A stretch of 64,000 bases of DNA, taken from a virus. Its lineage: Duplodnaviria > Caudoviricetes. The DNA lies in the IMG/VR virus record IMGVR_UViG_3300025870_000004, positions 28,687 through 92,686 of that record; one strand, written 5' to 3'. The position numbers and the translations under genes were made by a program. The notes under the pieces were generated by a model. That model saw nothing but the letters and a program-made list of their open reading frames with translations, did not search any database and was not told the origin of the DNA. Shown here in pieces: positions 17,076-26,417 of the stretch; the first letter of the stretch is position 1; the number at the start of each line of letters is the position of its first letter.

Positions 17076-17757
17076 TTTTAATCAATTCCAATATATCGAA
17101 GAGGGTGTTAACGACCCTACAATCTTCAAGGCAGTATTCCTTGCGGGCGGGCCTGGGTCTGGTAAATCGTTTATCGTAGGTAAGACTGGTCTTCCTGTTC
17201 TTGGATTCAGAGTCGTCAACTCTGATGATGCATTCGAGAATGCAATGAAGAAGGCTGGTAAAGCGATGACTCCTGACGAAATCTTCTCCGACGAAGGTCA
17301 AGATATTCGTGTTAGAGCAAAGGCGTTGACTGGTAAGAAACAAGACCTATACATGAAGGGTCGCCTTGGTTTAGTTATTGACGGAACTGGTAAAGATTTT
17401 GCAAAGGTGAGAAAACAAGCCAAGGTTCTTCAAGACTTGGGTTATGACACTGCAATGATTTTTGTCAACACCGACCTTGATACTGCAATCGAAAGAGATA
17501 AGTTGCGTGACCGTTCAGTTGGTGAAAAAGAAGTTACCCAGATGTGGAAAGATGTTCAAAAGAACATTGGTGCTTTCCAACAGATGTTCGGTAAGGAAGA
17601 TATGCTCGTAGTTGATAATTCAACTGGTAAAGACTTCAAGAAAGAAACGCTCCGTGCATATCGTGATGTTCAGAAGTTTATCAAACGTGAACCCGATAAT
17701 CCACTCGCCAAGAAGTGGATTAAACAAGAGAAAAAGAAGCGCGGTATTACTCGTTAA
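17068..17757 (+). CDS. P-loop kinase (AAA_33/zeta-toxin/Pnk-like) with a capsid-targeting-like N-terminus
   Basis: AGGPGSGKS, NSDDAFE, VIDGTG, R.R.V. Start MLSFNQFQYIEE follows an AAGGA ribosome-binding site. Confidence 0.8.
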   Translation: MLSFNQFQYIEEGVNDPTIFKAVFLAGGPGSGKSFIVGKTGLPVLGFRVVNSDDAFENAMKKAGKAMTPDEIFSDEGQDIRVRAKALTGKKQDLYMKGRLGLVIDGTGKDFAKVRKQAKVLQDLGYDTAMIFVNTDLDTAIERDKLRDRSVGEKEVTQMWKDVQKNIGAFQQMFGKEDMLVVDNSTGKDFKKETLRAYRDVQKFIKREPDNPLAKKWIKQEKKKRGITR

Positions 17758-17945
17758 CCGTCAAGTGGATTTGGTCGCCACGAGGCGTTTCTATAACTGG
17801 CACTTATCTTTTCCAACTTACCTTCAAGAGTTACAACTCGTCTTTCGAGGTCTTGAATACGTTCTTTATCGGTCAACATGGCCTCACGAGACTCACGAAT
17901 CTTCCGACCCATATAGTCCCAATAACTCTCACGCTTCATAACCAA
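17754..17945 (-). CDS. Small coiled-coil hypothetical protein
   Basis: ESYWDYMGRK followed by a heptad pattern. Confidence 0.45.
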   Translation of the reverse strand: MVMKRESYWDYMGRKIRESREAMLTDKERIQDLERRVVTLEGKLEKISASYRNASWRPNPLDG

Positions 17946-18099
17946 ATCTTCCTAGTCGGTGAAGAAGACTCGCAATCTTACGAGACTCTTCCTCATCCAA
18001 ACTATTACCATAGTTGTGCATATACACTTGTAGTGCTTTACGGATTGTTGCATAGTCATCTGGAGCGAAGACTGCACGAGGTCTTGAATTATCCGACAT
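17929..18099 (-). CDS. 56-aa hypothetical protein absent from the ORF track
   Basis: MSDNSRPRAVF...LLHRLGR; TAATG overlap. Confidence 0.5.
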   Translation of the reverse strand: MSDNSRPRAVFAPDDYATIRKALQVYMHNYGNSLDEEESRKIASLLHRLGRFGYEA

Positions 18100-18302
18100 T
18101 AGTCTTGCCGTTCAAAGTATTGAATACCTTCAGCAAGAATCAGAAAGATACCAGCTAGAAGACCAAGCCATGTGAAGTTGACAATATTAGTGCCAACCAA
18201 TGCGCCACCAATACAAACACCAACCATGTTAGATGCTGGTGTTTCGAAGAATGTTTTTATGTATTGGCGCATTGGTAGTAAGGTAAAATTCCAATATTCC
18301 AT
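18099..18302 (-). CDS. Small membrane protein
   Basis: Two hydrophobic helices. Confidence 0.4.
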   Translation of the reverse strand: MEYWNFTLLPMRQYIKTFFETPASNMVGVCIGGALVGTNIVNFTWLGLLAGIFLILAEGIQYFERQD

Positions 18303-18305
18303 ATT

Positions 18306-18524
18306 CTAATCCTCAATGTAGATGATTTTGGAATTCTGAACAACAACCAACTTGTCACCTTTGACGAAGTTGTTGGCACGCTTGTAGTAAGCGATGTCGG
18401 TGTTAGACAGACGGTCAAGAGAGAACCCCTCGTTCAGTCTGAAAAGACGATAGGTGTTGTTGTCGGCAGAAAGTTCAGGATGAACGTCCTGAAGGACTTG
18501 TTCGATTGTTACAGTTTCACTCAT
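18306..18524 (-). CDS. Hypothetical protein immediately downstream of the tRNA
   Basis: GGAG ribosome-binding site, start MSETVT. Confidence 0.5.
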   Translation of the reverse strand: MSETVTIEQVLQDVHPELSADNNTYRLFRLNEGFSLDRLSNTDIAYYKRANNFVKGDKLVVVQNSKIIYIED

Positions 18525-18539
18525 TATATGCTCCATGTT

Positions 18540-18616
18540 TGGTGAACGCACAGGGACTTGAACCCCGAACCTACAGCTTAGAAGGCTGTTGCTCTATCCA
18601 GTTGAGCTATGCGTCC
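18540..18616 (-). tRNA. tRNA-Arg(UCU) with encoded CCA
   Basis: GGACGCATAGCTCAACTGGATAGAGCAACAGC-CTTCTAA-GCTGTAGGTTCGGGGTTCAAGTCCCTGTGCGTTCACCA folds as a cloverleaf with anticodon TCT. Confidence 0.95.
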
Positions 18617-18628
18617 GATTGTTTTTAT

Positions 18629-18657
18629 ATAATAACACAATTGGTTGTCAAAGTCAA
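18629..18657 (-). promoter_or_regulatory. sigma70-type promoter for tRNA-Arg
   Basis: TTGACT-17-TATTAT, with a tandem TTGACA immediately downstream of the -35 box. Confidence 0.75.
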
Positions 18658-18838
18658 GGACTTTATGTTGTTTTTTTCTGTTTTCTGTATCAACGGGTTT
18701 TGTTAAATACTTTTTTCCAATATTTTGCATTAATTTCACGAGCAATACGAAGTTTCTCAATCATTTGAGGGTCAGTAATCTTTCCAGAAGTTATATCTTT
18801 TTCATAAGTTCGTATGAAATATTTTACTTCTTTTATTT

Positions 18839-19474
18839 TCATCTTTTCTTAGTCACTACGTTTATTTTTACGTTATCGGGAATGGGAATCTTAATCTTAT
18901 CATGACCATAATACAAATGGAAAGTGACATCATCAAATTCATTGAACATACCAATCCATACATGTCTCCAATTATCGTTCAGTCGAACCGTATTGGGTGT
19001 TGAACGGTCTGATTCTAATATCAAGTCTGTAAAACTCTCTAGGTTCATATCAAACAAACTATCGAAACCATAAATGTGAACCTCTGTTGCCTTCATCTTT
19101 TTACAGGCATAATGAACCGCAAAGTGACCACAGTTGAAATTGGTCGCCGCCTGTCCCATATTCTGCCCTTCTCGTGCTGCATACTCTGGAACTTCGAGAT
19201 GAAACCCCTTGATGAGATGTGAGTATTTCATGTAGAATGTTCCGCTTTGTTCCATCCAAATCTTTGGACGATTACCCAGAACCCAATCATACATGTCAAG
19301 TTTGATTTGACCTTCTTGTAACGCCATCATCATCTTGAAATCAACCATACAGGTCGCCCAGACTTCCTTACGAGGAATAGACATAGGAGGCATATTACAT
19401 ACTAGTAATTTACCCTTCGTTCCTCTCTGGAACATACCAGCGCTATTTCCGTTACCTAATACGTTAACTCTCAT
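18839..19474 (-). CDS. Glycosyltransferase/MptE-like Rossmann protein
   Basis: VLGNGNS...CN...VD...NCGHFA...IYGFD. Confidence 0.5.
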   Translation of the reverse strand: MRVNVLGNGNSAGMFQRGTKGKLLVCNMPPMSIPRKEVWATCMVDFKMMMALQEGQIKLDMYDWVLGNRPKIWMEQSGTFYMKYSHLIKGFHLEVPEYAAREGQNMGQAATNFNCGHFAVHYACKKMKATEVHIYGFDSLFDMNLESFTDLILESDRSTPNTVRLNDNWRHVWIGMFNEFDDVTFHLYYGHDKIKIPIPDNVKINVVTKKR

Positions 19475-20172
19475 TCATAGTCTCCATATCCGAACATCTC
19501 AATCTCATCACTATACTTTTCTGTAATCCATTTCTTCATGTGAGGTTGAATCAAATCGTTACTGTTTCTAATTCCCATCAGGTGCTTAAAACTTTTATTT
19601 CTATGAACACCCAAGTCGAGTTCGAACCCTAGATAATCATTTAGAATATGTATATCGTTTTTTAAGTTCTCAAACTTCATAATCGCGTCTGTATCTTTGA
19701 CCCATGTTGATAACGGGTGAACAAAGATGTGAGGCCATTGTTTCTCATGTTCTTCCTTCAACCAGTATTCGAAGTTGAAGTCATTCAGATAGTCTCCATC
19801 TTTCTCCCACACAGGGCCGTCCTTCATCACCCGATACAGAAACGCACCCATCAATCTATCCCACGGGTTTCGTATCACCGCAAAGATTTTGTAATCACGC
19901 CATTTCCCATTACGTTTCTCAAGAAGATGTCTCTCAAGGTGATGAGGATATTGTGCGAGGTCATGACTCTCCCGATGCGTCATCTTCTCAGAATGGAATG
20001 CAGGAGACCCGTCATTCTCACCCTTGAGATTTCGTAGTTCTTGTGCGACTGCCTTACCTCTACCGATATGATAGTCGTTACCAAGAGTTCTTTCTAGTTC
20101 ATCCTTGATGGTTGTTCCCGCAGATTTGGGAACATGGATGAACCCTATTTCTTTACTCGACGAGAGAAACAT
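19471..20172 (-). CDS. Sulfotransferase family 2 protein
   Basis: FIHVPKSAGTTI (PAPS loop), VIRNPWDR, KFENL. Confidence 0.85.
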   Translation of the reverse strand: MFLSSSKEIGFIHVPKSAGTTIKDELERTLGNDYHIGRGKAVAQELRNLKGENDGSPAFHSEKMTHRESHDLAQYPHHLERHLLEKRNGKWRDYKIFAVIRNPWDRLMGAFLYRVMKDGPVWEKDGDYLNDFNFEYWLKEEHEKQWPHIFVHPLSTWVKDTDAIMKFENLKNDIHILNDYLGFELDLGVHRNKSFKHLMGIRNSNDLIQPHMKKWITEKYSDEIEMFGYGDYE

Positions 20173-20569
20173 GTTTTCTATTCTCTAGGTGTTGTTCTTC
20201 AATGTCATCTTTGGACTGACCCATGTAACGAACCGCATGGTGCTTCTCAATCATATAGTCATTGATTGATTGGTCTGCGTAGTTTGTGGTTCTCCACAAC
20301 TCACCCAGAATACGACCAAACTTACCCTTACCGTCTTTATGTGTTTTCAAAACAATACCACCTTCATCATCCAACAAACTAGTCAGAAAGTCCTTTGCAG
20401 CAAGACCATATTTCTTTTCTTCTAAGTCGCGAGTTCTCGATTCAGGAGTGTCGATACCATACATTCGAATACGTTGTTTACGCATCCACACACCAAAGCC
20501 GAGGTCGATATCAACGTCAACTGTGTCGCCGTCAATAATCTTCACGACATTACATCTATATTCATACAT
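20153..20569 (-). CDS. Thermonuclease (SNase-like)
   Basis: IIDGDTVDV...RIRMYGIDTPE...GKFGRILG. Confidence 0.9.
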   Translation of the reverse strand: MYEYRCNVVKIIDGDTVDVDIDLGFGVWMRKQRIRMYGIDTPESRTRDLEEKKYGLAAKDFLTSLLDDEGGIVLKTHKDGKGKFGRILGELWRTTNYADQSINDYMIEKHHAVRYMGQSKDDIEEQHLENRKHVSLVE

Positions 20570-21212
20570 TCATTTGTTTCCTTATTGCTTGATTACCTTT
20601 TTCACCCGTGTGGTGAACAATTAGTGGCTTCCTCACCGCGATACCATCTTGATAGTCGATACGCAATGTATTATATGTGTGAGGTAATGGATTTATATAT
20701 GCAAGTTTTTTCAACTCATCTCCACCCATCATGAAGTAGAGAACCTCTTGGTCACCCTGAACTGGATTACGAACACAGTTACTTGCCCAGTCTCCAAGTA
20801 TTGTAGGTGTTCCCTCGACCAGAACAACACCAGAATTATACCATTTACCCATCTCATTCCTTCGAGCAGTCCACGGTCTATCCTCTACCATACCAAGTTT
20901 GTTTGGTTCAGACAGGTCAAAGATATGTTCTATATTCCCTTTGATTTCACAATCAGTGTCAAGCCAACAAACCTTGTCAACATCTCTGAGACGTGAGGCT
21001 GTCAGTATCGCACGGGGTTTTTTGAACCAACCCTTTTCCTGCGATTTAATCTCAATGATTTGATACATTGATATATGACTTAACATCTCTTCGGACATAC
21101 CAAAGTCAGCAATGATGAGGTGACCTTCATTGTGTCGTTCAAAGTTATGAATGAACCACGGGAGTTGCCACTCTGTGTTGATATCACATCCAGTTAGAAA
21201 TACTTCACGCAT
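20562..21212 (-). CDS. GT-A glycosyltransferase (GT8/GT77-like)
   Basis: WFKKP, WLDTD, NSGV, GDQE, HHTG. Confidence 0.75.
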   Translation of the reverse strand: MREVFLTGCDINTEWQLPWFIHNFERHNEGHLIIADFGMSEEMLSHISMYQIIEIKSQEKGWFKKPRAILTASRLRDVDKVCWLDTDCEIKGNIEHIFDLSEPNKLGMVEDRPWTARRNEMGKWYNSGVVLVEGTPTILGDWASNCVRNPVQGDQEVLYFMMGGDELKKLAYINPLPHTYNTLRIDYQDGIAVRKPLIVHHTGEKGNQAIRKQMNV

Positions 21213-21852
21213 CGATAATCTTATACCCCTTCTTCCAGTTGTGCTTTGCGCGACAACCTTCTTCTACCTGAATCGTGGTGAAACTATCTTTCGCCTCTGC
21301 ACAGAATGGATAGTATTCCTGCAACCACGGGAAAGTATCAAGGTTCAGATACACATCAGTTGGTTTTGCGAACTTGGGTGCAGCCTCTACGAGTTTCTTC
21401 GCGCCTGCGGGCGTGACCATGTATGCGTGTGCGCCTGGAAAGTATTTCTTGGTTGTTAGTGGATTGATACCAAGAGTCTCTGGCGTATTCCAATTACCAT
21501 ATGATGGCGCACCAATGTTCATCGCATACTGAAATGGTTGGGTTGGGAGGGGTGCGGTGATGACTGCATCGTGTTCAAAGATTGCGTAGGTCTCTTTGCC
21601 TAATGCACATTCTTTCCACAACGAATAGTGTGACAGGAATGCAGAGATACAATTCAGATTGCGAGAGTATCTCTCGTCAAATGCGCTTGGTGGAATACGT
21701 TCATATTCCAGTAGTTCGAGTGGTTCGTCATTAGGTGTGATAGCACGAAACCATTCTACAGTCACACCGTGTTTTTTACCTGACGCAATACATCGTTCTG
21801 CGACATCGATACTTGATGAATTGTTGATTAGTGTAATTACTTTTGCTTTCAT
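21205..21852 (-). CDS. GT25 (Lex2B-like) glycosyltransferase
   Basis: AFLSHYSLW, IFEHDA, GAHAYMVTPAGAKKL. Confidence 0.85.
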   Translation of the reverse strand: MKAKVITLINNSSSIDVAERCIASGKKHGVTVEWFRAITPNDEPLELLEYERIPPSAFDERYSRNLNCISAFLSHYSLWKECALGKETYAIFEHDAVITAPLPTQPFQYAMNIGAPSYGNWNTPETLGINPLTTKKYFPGAHAYMVTPAGAKKLVEAAPKFAKPTDVYLNLDTFPWLQEYYPFCAEAKDSFTTIQVEEGCRAKHNWKKGYKIIDA

Positions 21853-22547
21853 GACGTTGTGGTTGAGACCAACCCCCTCTGAATAGTTGTGTAGTAAGGA
21901 TAGACCACTTGCATCCACGGAAAGAACTGTCTGTTCATGATTGCATCATTGGGCCACATTCCTACTTCCTTCACCTTCTTCAATACTTTCTTTGCACCTT
22001 TTGGTGTAACTATATATGCAGAATTTCCAGCGAGTCCGTGAGGATAGTTGTCCTCAAGGTCTGGAACTGGTTGTAACCCCATACGCGAACTGACCTTCGA
22101 ATGAAACAGACTCGCCTTTCGAGTTGCACCACGAGGGTCATTGAGTCCTACTATACCACCTTTGAACCCATCTGTCAAGTCCGAAAATCTAAACTTGCGA
22201 GTGAAGAGTGCATCGTGTTCCAGAACCATAATCGGTTCGTCAAGGTCGATTGACTTCTGCCACAGACGCATGTGACTCACCATACACGCAATACGATTCT
22301 GTAGGTCTGCGGTCTGATAGTGTTGAAGGTATAGTCCTGTCGCCATGTCCATACGGTCTTGACTTGCGTTGGTAGGGAATGTCCAGTCAAGTTTCAACCA
22401 CATATCTTCTTCGAGTGACTCAGGCGTGGTCGCACGAAAGATTATCGGTTCAAGGTCTGAACCTGTATCATCGATAGACTTGACCACGCGATTAGATGCA
22501 TCACGAGAGTCACGGTCATCAAGAAGAGTGATTATGTAGGCTTGCAT
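21849..22547 (-). CDS. GT25 glycosyltransferase
   Basis: ACMVSHMRLW, VLEHDA, GNSAYIVTPKGAKK. Confidence 0.85.
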   Translation of the reverse strand: MQAYIITLLDDRDSRDASNRVVKSIDDTGSDLEPIIFRATTPESLEEDMWLKLDWTFPTNASQDRMDMATGLYLQHYQTADLQNRIACMVSHMRLWQKSIDLDEPIMVLEHDALFTRKFRFSDLTDGFKGGIVGLNDPRGATRKASLFHSKVSSRMGLQPVPDLEDNYPHGLAGNSAYIVTPKGAKKVLKKVKEVGMWPNDAIMNRQFFPWMQVVYPYYTTIQRGLVSTTTS

Positions 22548-23280
22548 CTTTGTCTGGTATACCCCAAAAAAATTCATTTAGATATGCACCACCGATATAT
22601 GAACGATGATATAGATTATTAGGTTCTGATAAAACTTGATACCAACCCTCTTCAGCACCTTTTAATTTCTTATCCTTATATAGTTCATCAACTAAGTCAC
22701 AATCCCAAGACTTATATGGATGTATAATCAATGCGTCATTGATATAACATGTTGCCTTGTCTTGCATGGGATGAAGTTTATTGTAGGGTCTTCCACTCTT
22801 AATCACATTTATTGTATTAAATCCTATGGGAATTTCTTCATCATAAGATTGATTAATTTGTGAAGACCAATCAATTTGGTCAGAGACAATCGTATCAAAC
22901 CGACTTCTAATTACAATATCACACTTCGGAATATTCTTCATCATGTGATTGTGAATGAGTATCTGTTTGTGCCAATGAACTGCTTTGCGTTTGAAATCTA
23001 TAAGTGAAGTGTGAAAGGCACCTCTTTTGATGTCTTCGTCAGACAAACTGAAGAAATATCTACGTTCAAGACTTTCTGCGTCTGGATAAGCTTCTGTATC
23101 AAGGACAGGATGATATGTAACCTCTGGCTCTTCCATCTTAAATGTTGAGTCATGGTCACAATCAGTATAAGTCATTGTATAGTAATTATTATGAGGAACA
23201 ATTCTACGCAATCTTTCTGTGAAATCACACCAGTCCCCTTTCCACTTACCCGATACACACAATGAAACATCTATCGACAC
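22519..23280 (-). CDS. Putative glycosyltransferase-like protein, paralogue of 30859..31545
   Basis: LCVSG, EPEVTYHP, QIL.H, DIVIRSRFD, AEEGWYQVL. Confidence 0.55.
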   Translation of the reverse strand: MSIDVSLCVSGKWKGDWCDFTERLRRIVPHNNYYTMTYTDCDHDSTFKMEEPEVTYHPVLDTEAYPDAESLERRYFFSLSDEDIKRGAFHTSLIDFKRKAVHWHKQILIHNHMMKNIPKCDIVIRSRFDTIVSDQIDWSSQINQSYDEEIPIGFNTINVIKSGRPYNKLHPMQDKATCYINDALIIHPYKSWDCDLVDELYKDKKLKGAEEGWYQVLSEPNNLYHRSYIGGAYLNEFFWGIPDKDASLHNHSS

Positions 23281-24596
23281 AGGTAAGTCTCCAAGTCTTC
23301 AGGTGTTCCCAGACCCCACATAGTATCAGCCTCATAGGTGTGTATTTGTTTACCATCTTTGATTGCGATGTTAAACACAGGACAAACATAGAATTCATTA
23401 TTCACACGAATATCATGGTAAATCATATCTTCGGCGTAGGTTACATAATCCTTACCACGTTTCCAGTAGTAGAACCCAACAGTCGCATTGTCACTGATAG
23501 GGTTCTTCTCTGCGACCTCTACAACCATTCCCATACCATCGGTCTTTGCGTATGACCATTTAGGATGGGTTGCCTTGAAGGTAACGATACCTGCGTGTGC
23601 TTTCTTCTCGTTCATCTTATACATGAAGTCAAGAACGTCCCACTCAACATACTGGTCAGAGTTCGCGATGAACAAGGGATATTCGTTGTCAATATATTCT
23701 TTTGCAAGAAGAGTTGTGCAGGCTGCACCTTCGGTCACACCATCGACCTCTACAATCTTACAGTTCGGTGCAATCAGGTTCAACATTGAGTCGAGGTTAT
23801 ATTGTTTGCGGTGTTCTTTTTGAACAACAAAGATATAGTTTGCATCAAACCCCAGATTATCCACAACCGTCTGAATCATAGGTTTACCCTCAACATCAAT
23901 CAAGGGTTTGGGAAAGGTATACCCAGCATCGGCAAAACGACTCCCTGCCCCTGCCATCGGAATCAGGACATTGAGTTTATCATCTTTCCACTTCGGTTTC
24001 ACGGGTTTACCTTTTATATTCTCTACTAGGTCAACGTTTACTTCTTCAGGTGAACTCACTCGTATCACATTCGCACCTGAACGATGAGCTGCGAGTAGAC
24101 CTGTTGGAGAGTCCTCAATAATTATAGTCTCTTCGGGTAACACTCCACATTGAGACATTGCTTTCCAGTATATCTCTGGATGTGGTTTTGCGTGGTCTAC
24201 ATCATCAGCAGTAATAAAAAATGAACATAGATGAATAACACCAATTCTGGATAGGCATTTCTCCACAGTTCTTTTAATCGCATTAGAGCATATTCCAATA
24301 TCATAACCATCTTCCTTTAGTCGTAAGAACAAATCTATAATGTCATCGTTCTGTTGTATCGTATCTAATCTATCATATGTGTTCAGTTGTTTTTCTTCGA
24401 ATATCTTTTTCGACTCTGATTCAGAGTAACCCATACGAGATAGTTTGTCTTTGGTGGTCATACCATCATAGACTCTCAGGTGTTCCTCCTGAGTTATTGC
24501 ACGGTCACCCAGTGCTTTGTTTAGTGCCTCGTAGTGGATATCCTTTGTATCAACCAGAACACCATCTAGGTCAAAGAGGACAAGTTTAATCGTCAT
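23271..24596 (-). CDS. HAD phosphatase / sugar nucleotidyltransferase fusion
   Basis: FDLDGVLVD...KPHP...IEDS, followed by IPMAGAGSRF...PKPLI...NSDQ...EK...LGTPEDL. Confidence 0.9.
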   Translation of the reverse strand: MTIKLVLFDLDGVLVDTKDIHYEALNKALGDRAITQEEHLRVYDGMTTKDKLSRMGYSESESKKIFEEKQLNTYDRLDTIQQNDDIIDLFLRLKEDGYDIGICSNAIKRTVEKCLSRIGVIHLCSFFITADDVDHAKPHPEIYWKAMSQCGVLPEETIIIEDSPTGLLAAHRSGANVIRVSSPEEVNVDLVENIKGKPVKPKWKDDKLNVLIPMAGAGSRFADAGYTFPKPLIDVEGKPMIQTVVDNLGFDANYIFVVQKEHRKQYNLDSMLNLIAPNCKIVEVDGVTEGAACTTLLAKEYIDNEYPLFIANSDQYVEWDVLDFMYKMNEKKAHAGIVTFKATHPKWSYAKTDGMGMVVEVAEKNPISDNATVGFYYWKRGKDYVTYAEDMIYHDIRVNNEFYVCPVFNIAIKDGKQIHTYEADTMWGLGTPEDLETYLCR

Positions 24597-25182
24597 ATTT
24601 TATTCTAGGTGTCCGTTTGATTACTGTGTATCCAACCCGTTGAATATAGTGGTCAACAATACTCCATTCCTGTTCAATCTCAGTGATATAGTTAGCAATG
24701 ATTGGGAACAGACCCTTCGAACTTTTGAAGTTCGCAGTATCGTGAAAGACGATATATTTCTTTACATGGGGTGCATGAAGCTTCAGTTCTTGTAACAGAT
24801 GCTGGGGTTGATGCAGACTGTCGATGTGAAGGAGGTCAACCTCACTGATAGATGATTTGTCATGACTTGACATATTCTCATACGAAAAATCAATATTATT
24901 TTCTTCTGCGTATTTTTCGAAGTGCTTGATATATGGAAGGAAATCATGCGGTGCTATATCAATACCAGTAATTTTCTTAGGATTAGTCATCAACATTGCG
25001 GCAAGGGTAGCACCCTGACAGACACCCAGTTCTTTGATTGTCTCGGATTCCTTGGCACATTTGACCAATGCATTGTGGTGATGCATATATTCTTTTCCGT
25101 GTGACCCTTGTTGTGATTTTGTGATTTCTTTATAAAATTCTTTGATGTCTTTCACATAAGTGATATCATGTTTAACAGCCAT
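24586..25182 (-). CDS. SAM-dependent methyltransferase (Methyltransf_24-like)
   Basis: ELGVCQG, DLLHIDSLH, VFHDT. Confidence 0.85.
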   Translation of the reverse strand: MAVKHDITYVKDIKEFYKEITKSQQGSHGKEYMHHHNALVKCAKESETIKELGVCQGATLAAMLMTNPKKITGIDIAPHDFLPYIKHFEKYAEENNIDFSYENMSSHDKSSISEVDLLHIDSLHQPQHLLQELKLHAPHVKKYIVFHDTANFKSSKGLFPIIANYITEIEQEWSIVDHYIQRVGYTVIKRTPRIKYDD

Positions 25183-25185
25183 ATT

Positions 25186-25896
25186 CTAACTTCCTTTATG
25201 ACTTAGATTCGGATTTGTTTTTTGTAATTTTACAATACTTGGATTGAGTGCCTGTAGTTTCATAACTTTGCTGTTATATATGTAATCACTTTGGTCAAGT
25301 CCGTGTTTCTCGGCTGCCCGAAGTAACTTCTCAGCACCATAGGGAGTTAGGGCATAGGCAGAAGTGCCTGGTGTCATGTGTGCGCCAGTCCATCGATTGT
25401 TATGATAATACCTCAATGGATATTCGGTCGGAAACTCATATGTTACTTCAAGAGGAGGTGTGTATGATTGTTGCCAATTAGACCAAGATTTGTGGGCAAG
25501 AATAGAGGGTTTCTTAAATGCGTAATCGAAGGAGAGAAAAAGATAGTCCTCGAAGGAAGGTATATCACATTTACTAATTACCTGAATGTCATGTTCAAGA
25601 AAAATCATTGGTTCGCCCGCATTGATAACACGGGTCGCATGTCTTAGATTATTAAAGACACAAGACTTCTTGATAGGATACTTGCGTGGTTCATTCTTGG
25701 AGAAACACTCCAACCGACCACTATTGATATTAGAATAAGAAAACTCATTATCGTCAAGAGTCTTAGGGGTAATACCAGAGATTGGTTCATAATCCCAATT
25801 GAATTTCTGAAGAGACTTCTCTGCTATCTCTTTACATTGTTCACTGGCATTATTACCTTCAACATATATTAAAAATGATTTCATTTTCTTTCCCAC
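25186..25896 (-). CDS. GT25 glycosyltransferase
   Basis: IFLEHD, GTSAYALTPYGAEKL. Confidence 0.8.
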   Translation of the reverse strand: MGKKMKSFLIYVEGNNASEQCKEIAEKSLQKFNWDYEPISGITPKTLDDNEFSYSNINSGRLECFSKNEPRKYPIKKSCVFNNLRHATRVINAGEPMIFLEHDIQVISKCDIPSFEDYLFLSFDYAFKKPSILAHKSWSNWQQSYTPPLEVTYEFPTEYPLRYYHNNRWTGAHMTPGTSAYALTPYGAEKLLRAAEKHGLDQSDYIYNSKVMKLQALNPSIVKLQKTNPNLSHKGS

Positions 25897-26417
25897 TTTA
25901 CATACATTCTATTCTGGTCAGGCATAAACTCCGTGACCCTATAACCCGTTGCTTCTGAAAGCATTATATGATGATTTATATGCCATTTAAAGAAGGGAAC
26001 TTCGTTCACATTCTTATTGTCATGGTCACGATGGCCTGGATTACATCTCCAGTAGATACGCGACTTATCTTTCATACAGAACTTAGTCAAGTTATCGATT
26101 TGTTTTGCAACATCCGTAAACTCACCAAAGTTAATACTACCTAGACAGAATGCAACATCAAACTTTTCGTCAGGTCGATAGTCTTCTATTGCTACTTGTT
26201 CGTCTGACCCAATGTCTGTAATATCGATACCATGTAAGTTTTTAAGGTGTCTTTTAAAAGGATTAACCCCACAACCCACGTCAAGCACAGATTCTGTATC
26301 ATTAATTTCATCAATCAATCTCCATCCAGTCCAGTAATAACTATCGAGTCCTGCGGTGCGAGAACTCGGCCAGTCATATGTGAAATAGTTCTTCAACCAT
26401 TCTCTGTTGTATTCCAT
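25881..26417 (-). CDS. Class I SAM-dependent methyltransferase
   Basis: VLDVGCG.N, GID, FDVAFCLGSINF. Confidence 0.85.
   Translation of the reverse strand: MEYNREWLKNYFTYDWPSSRTAGLDSYYWTGWRLIDEINDTESVLDVGCGVNPFKRHLKNLHGIDITDIGSDEQVAIEDYRPDEKFDVAFCLGSINFGEFTDVAKQIDNLTKFCMKDKSRIYWRCNPGHRDHDNKNVNEVPFFKWHINHHIMLSEATGYRVTEFMPDQNRMYVKWERK

Noticed and set aside
16221-17757. Epsilon/zeta toxin-antitoxin pair
   Set aside because: The upstream ORF is a 284-aa paralogue of its other neighbour, not a small helical antitoxin, and the kinase fold alone does not establish toxin activity.
18578-18760. 60-aa ORF ending GRIAQLDRATAF
   Set aside because: It is a translation of the tRNA-Arg gene and its promoter.
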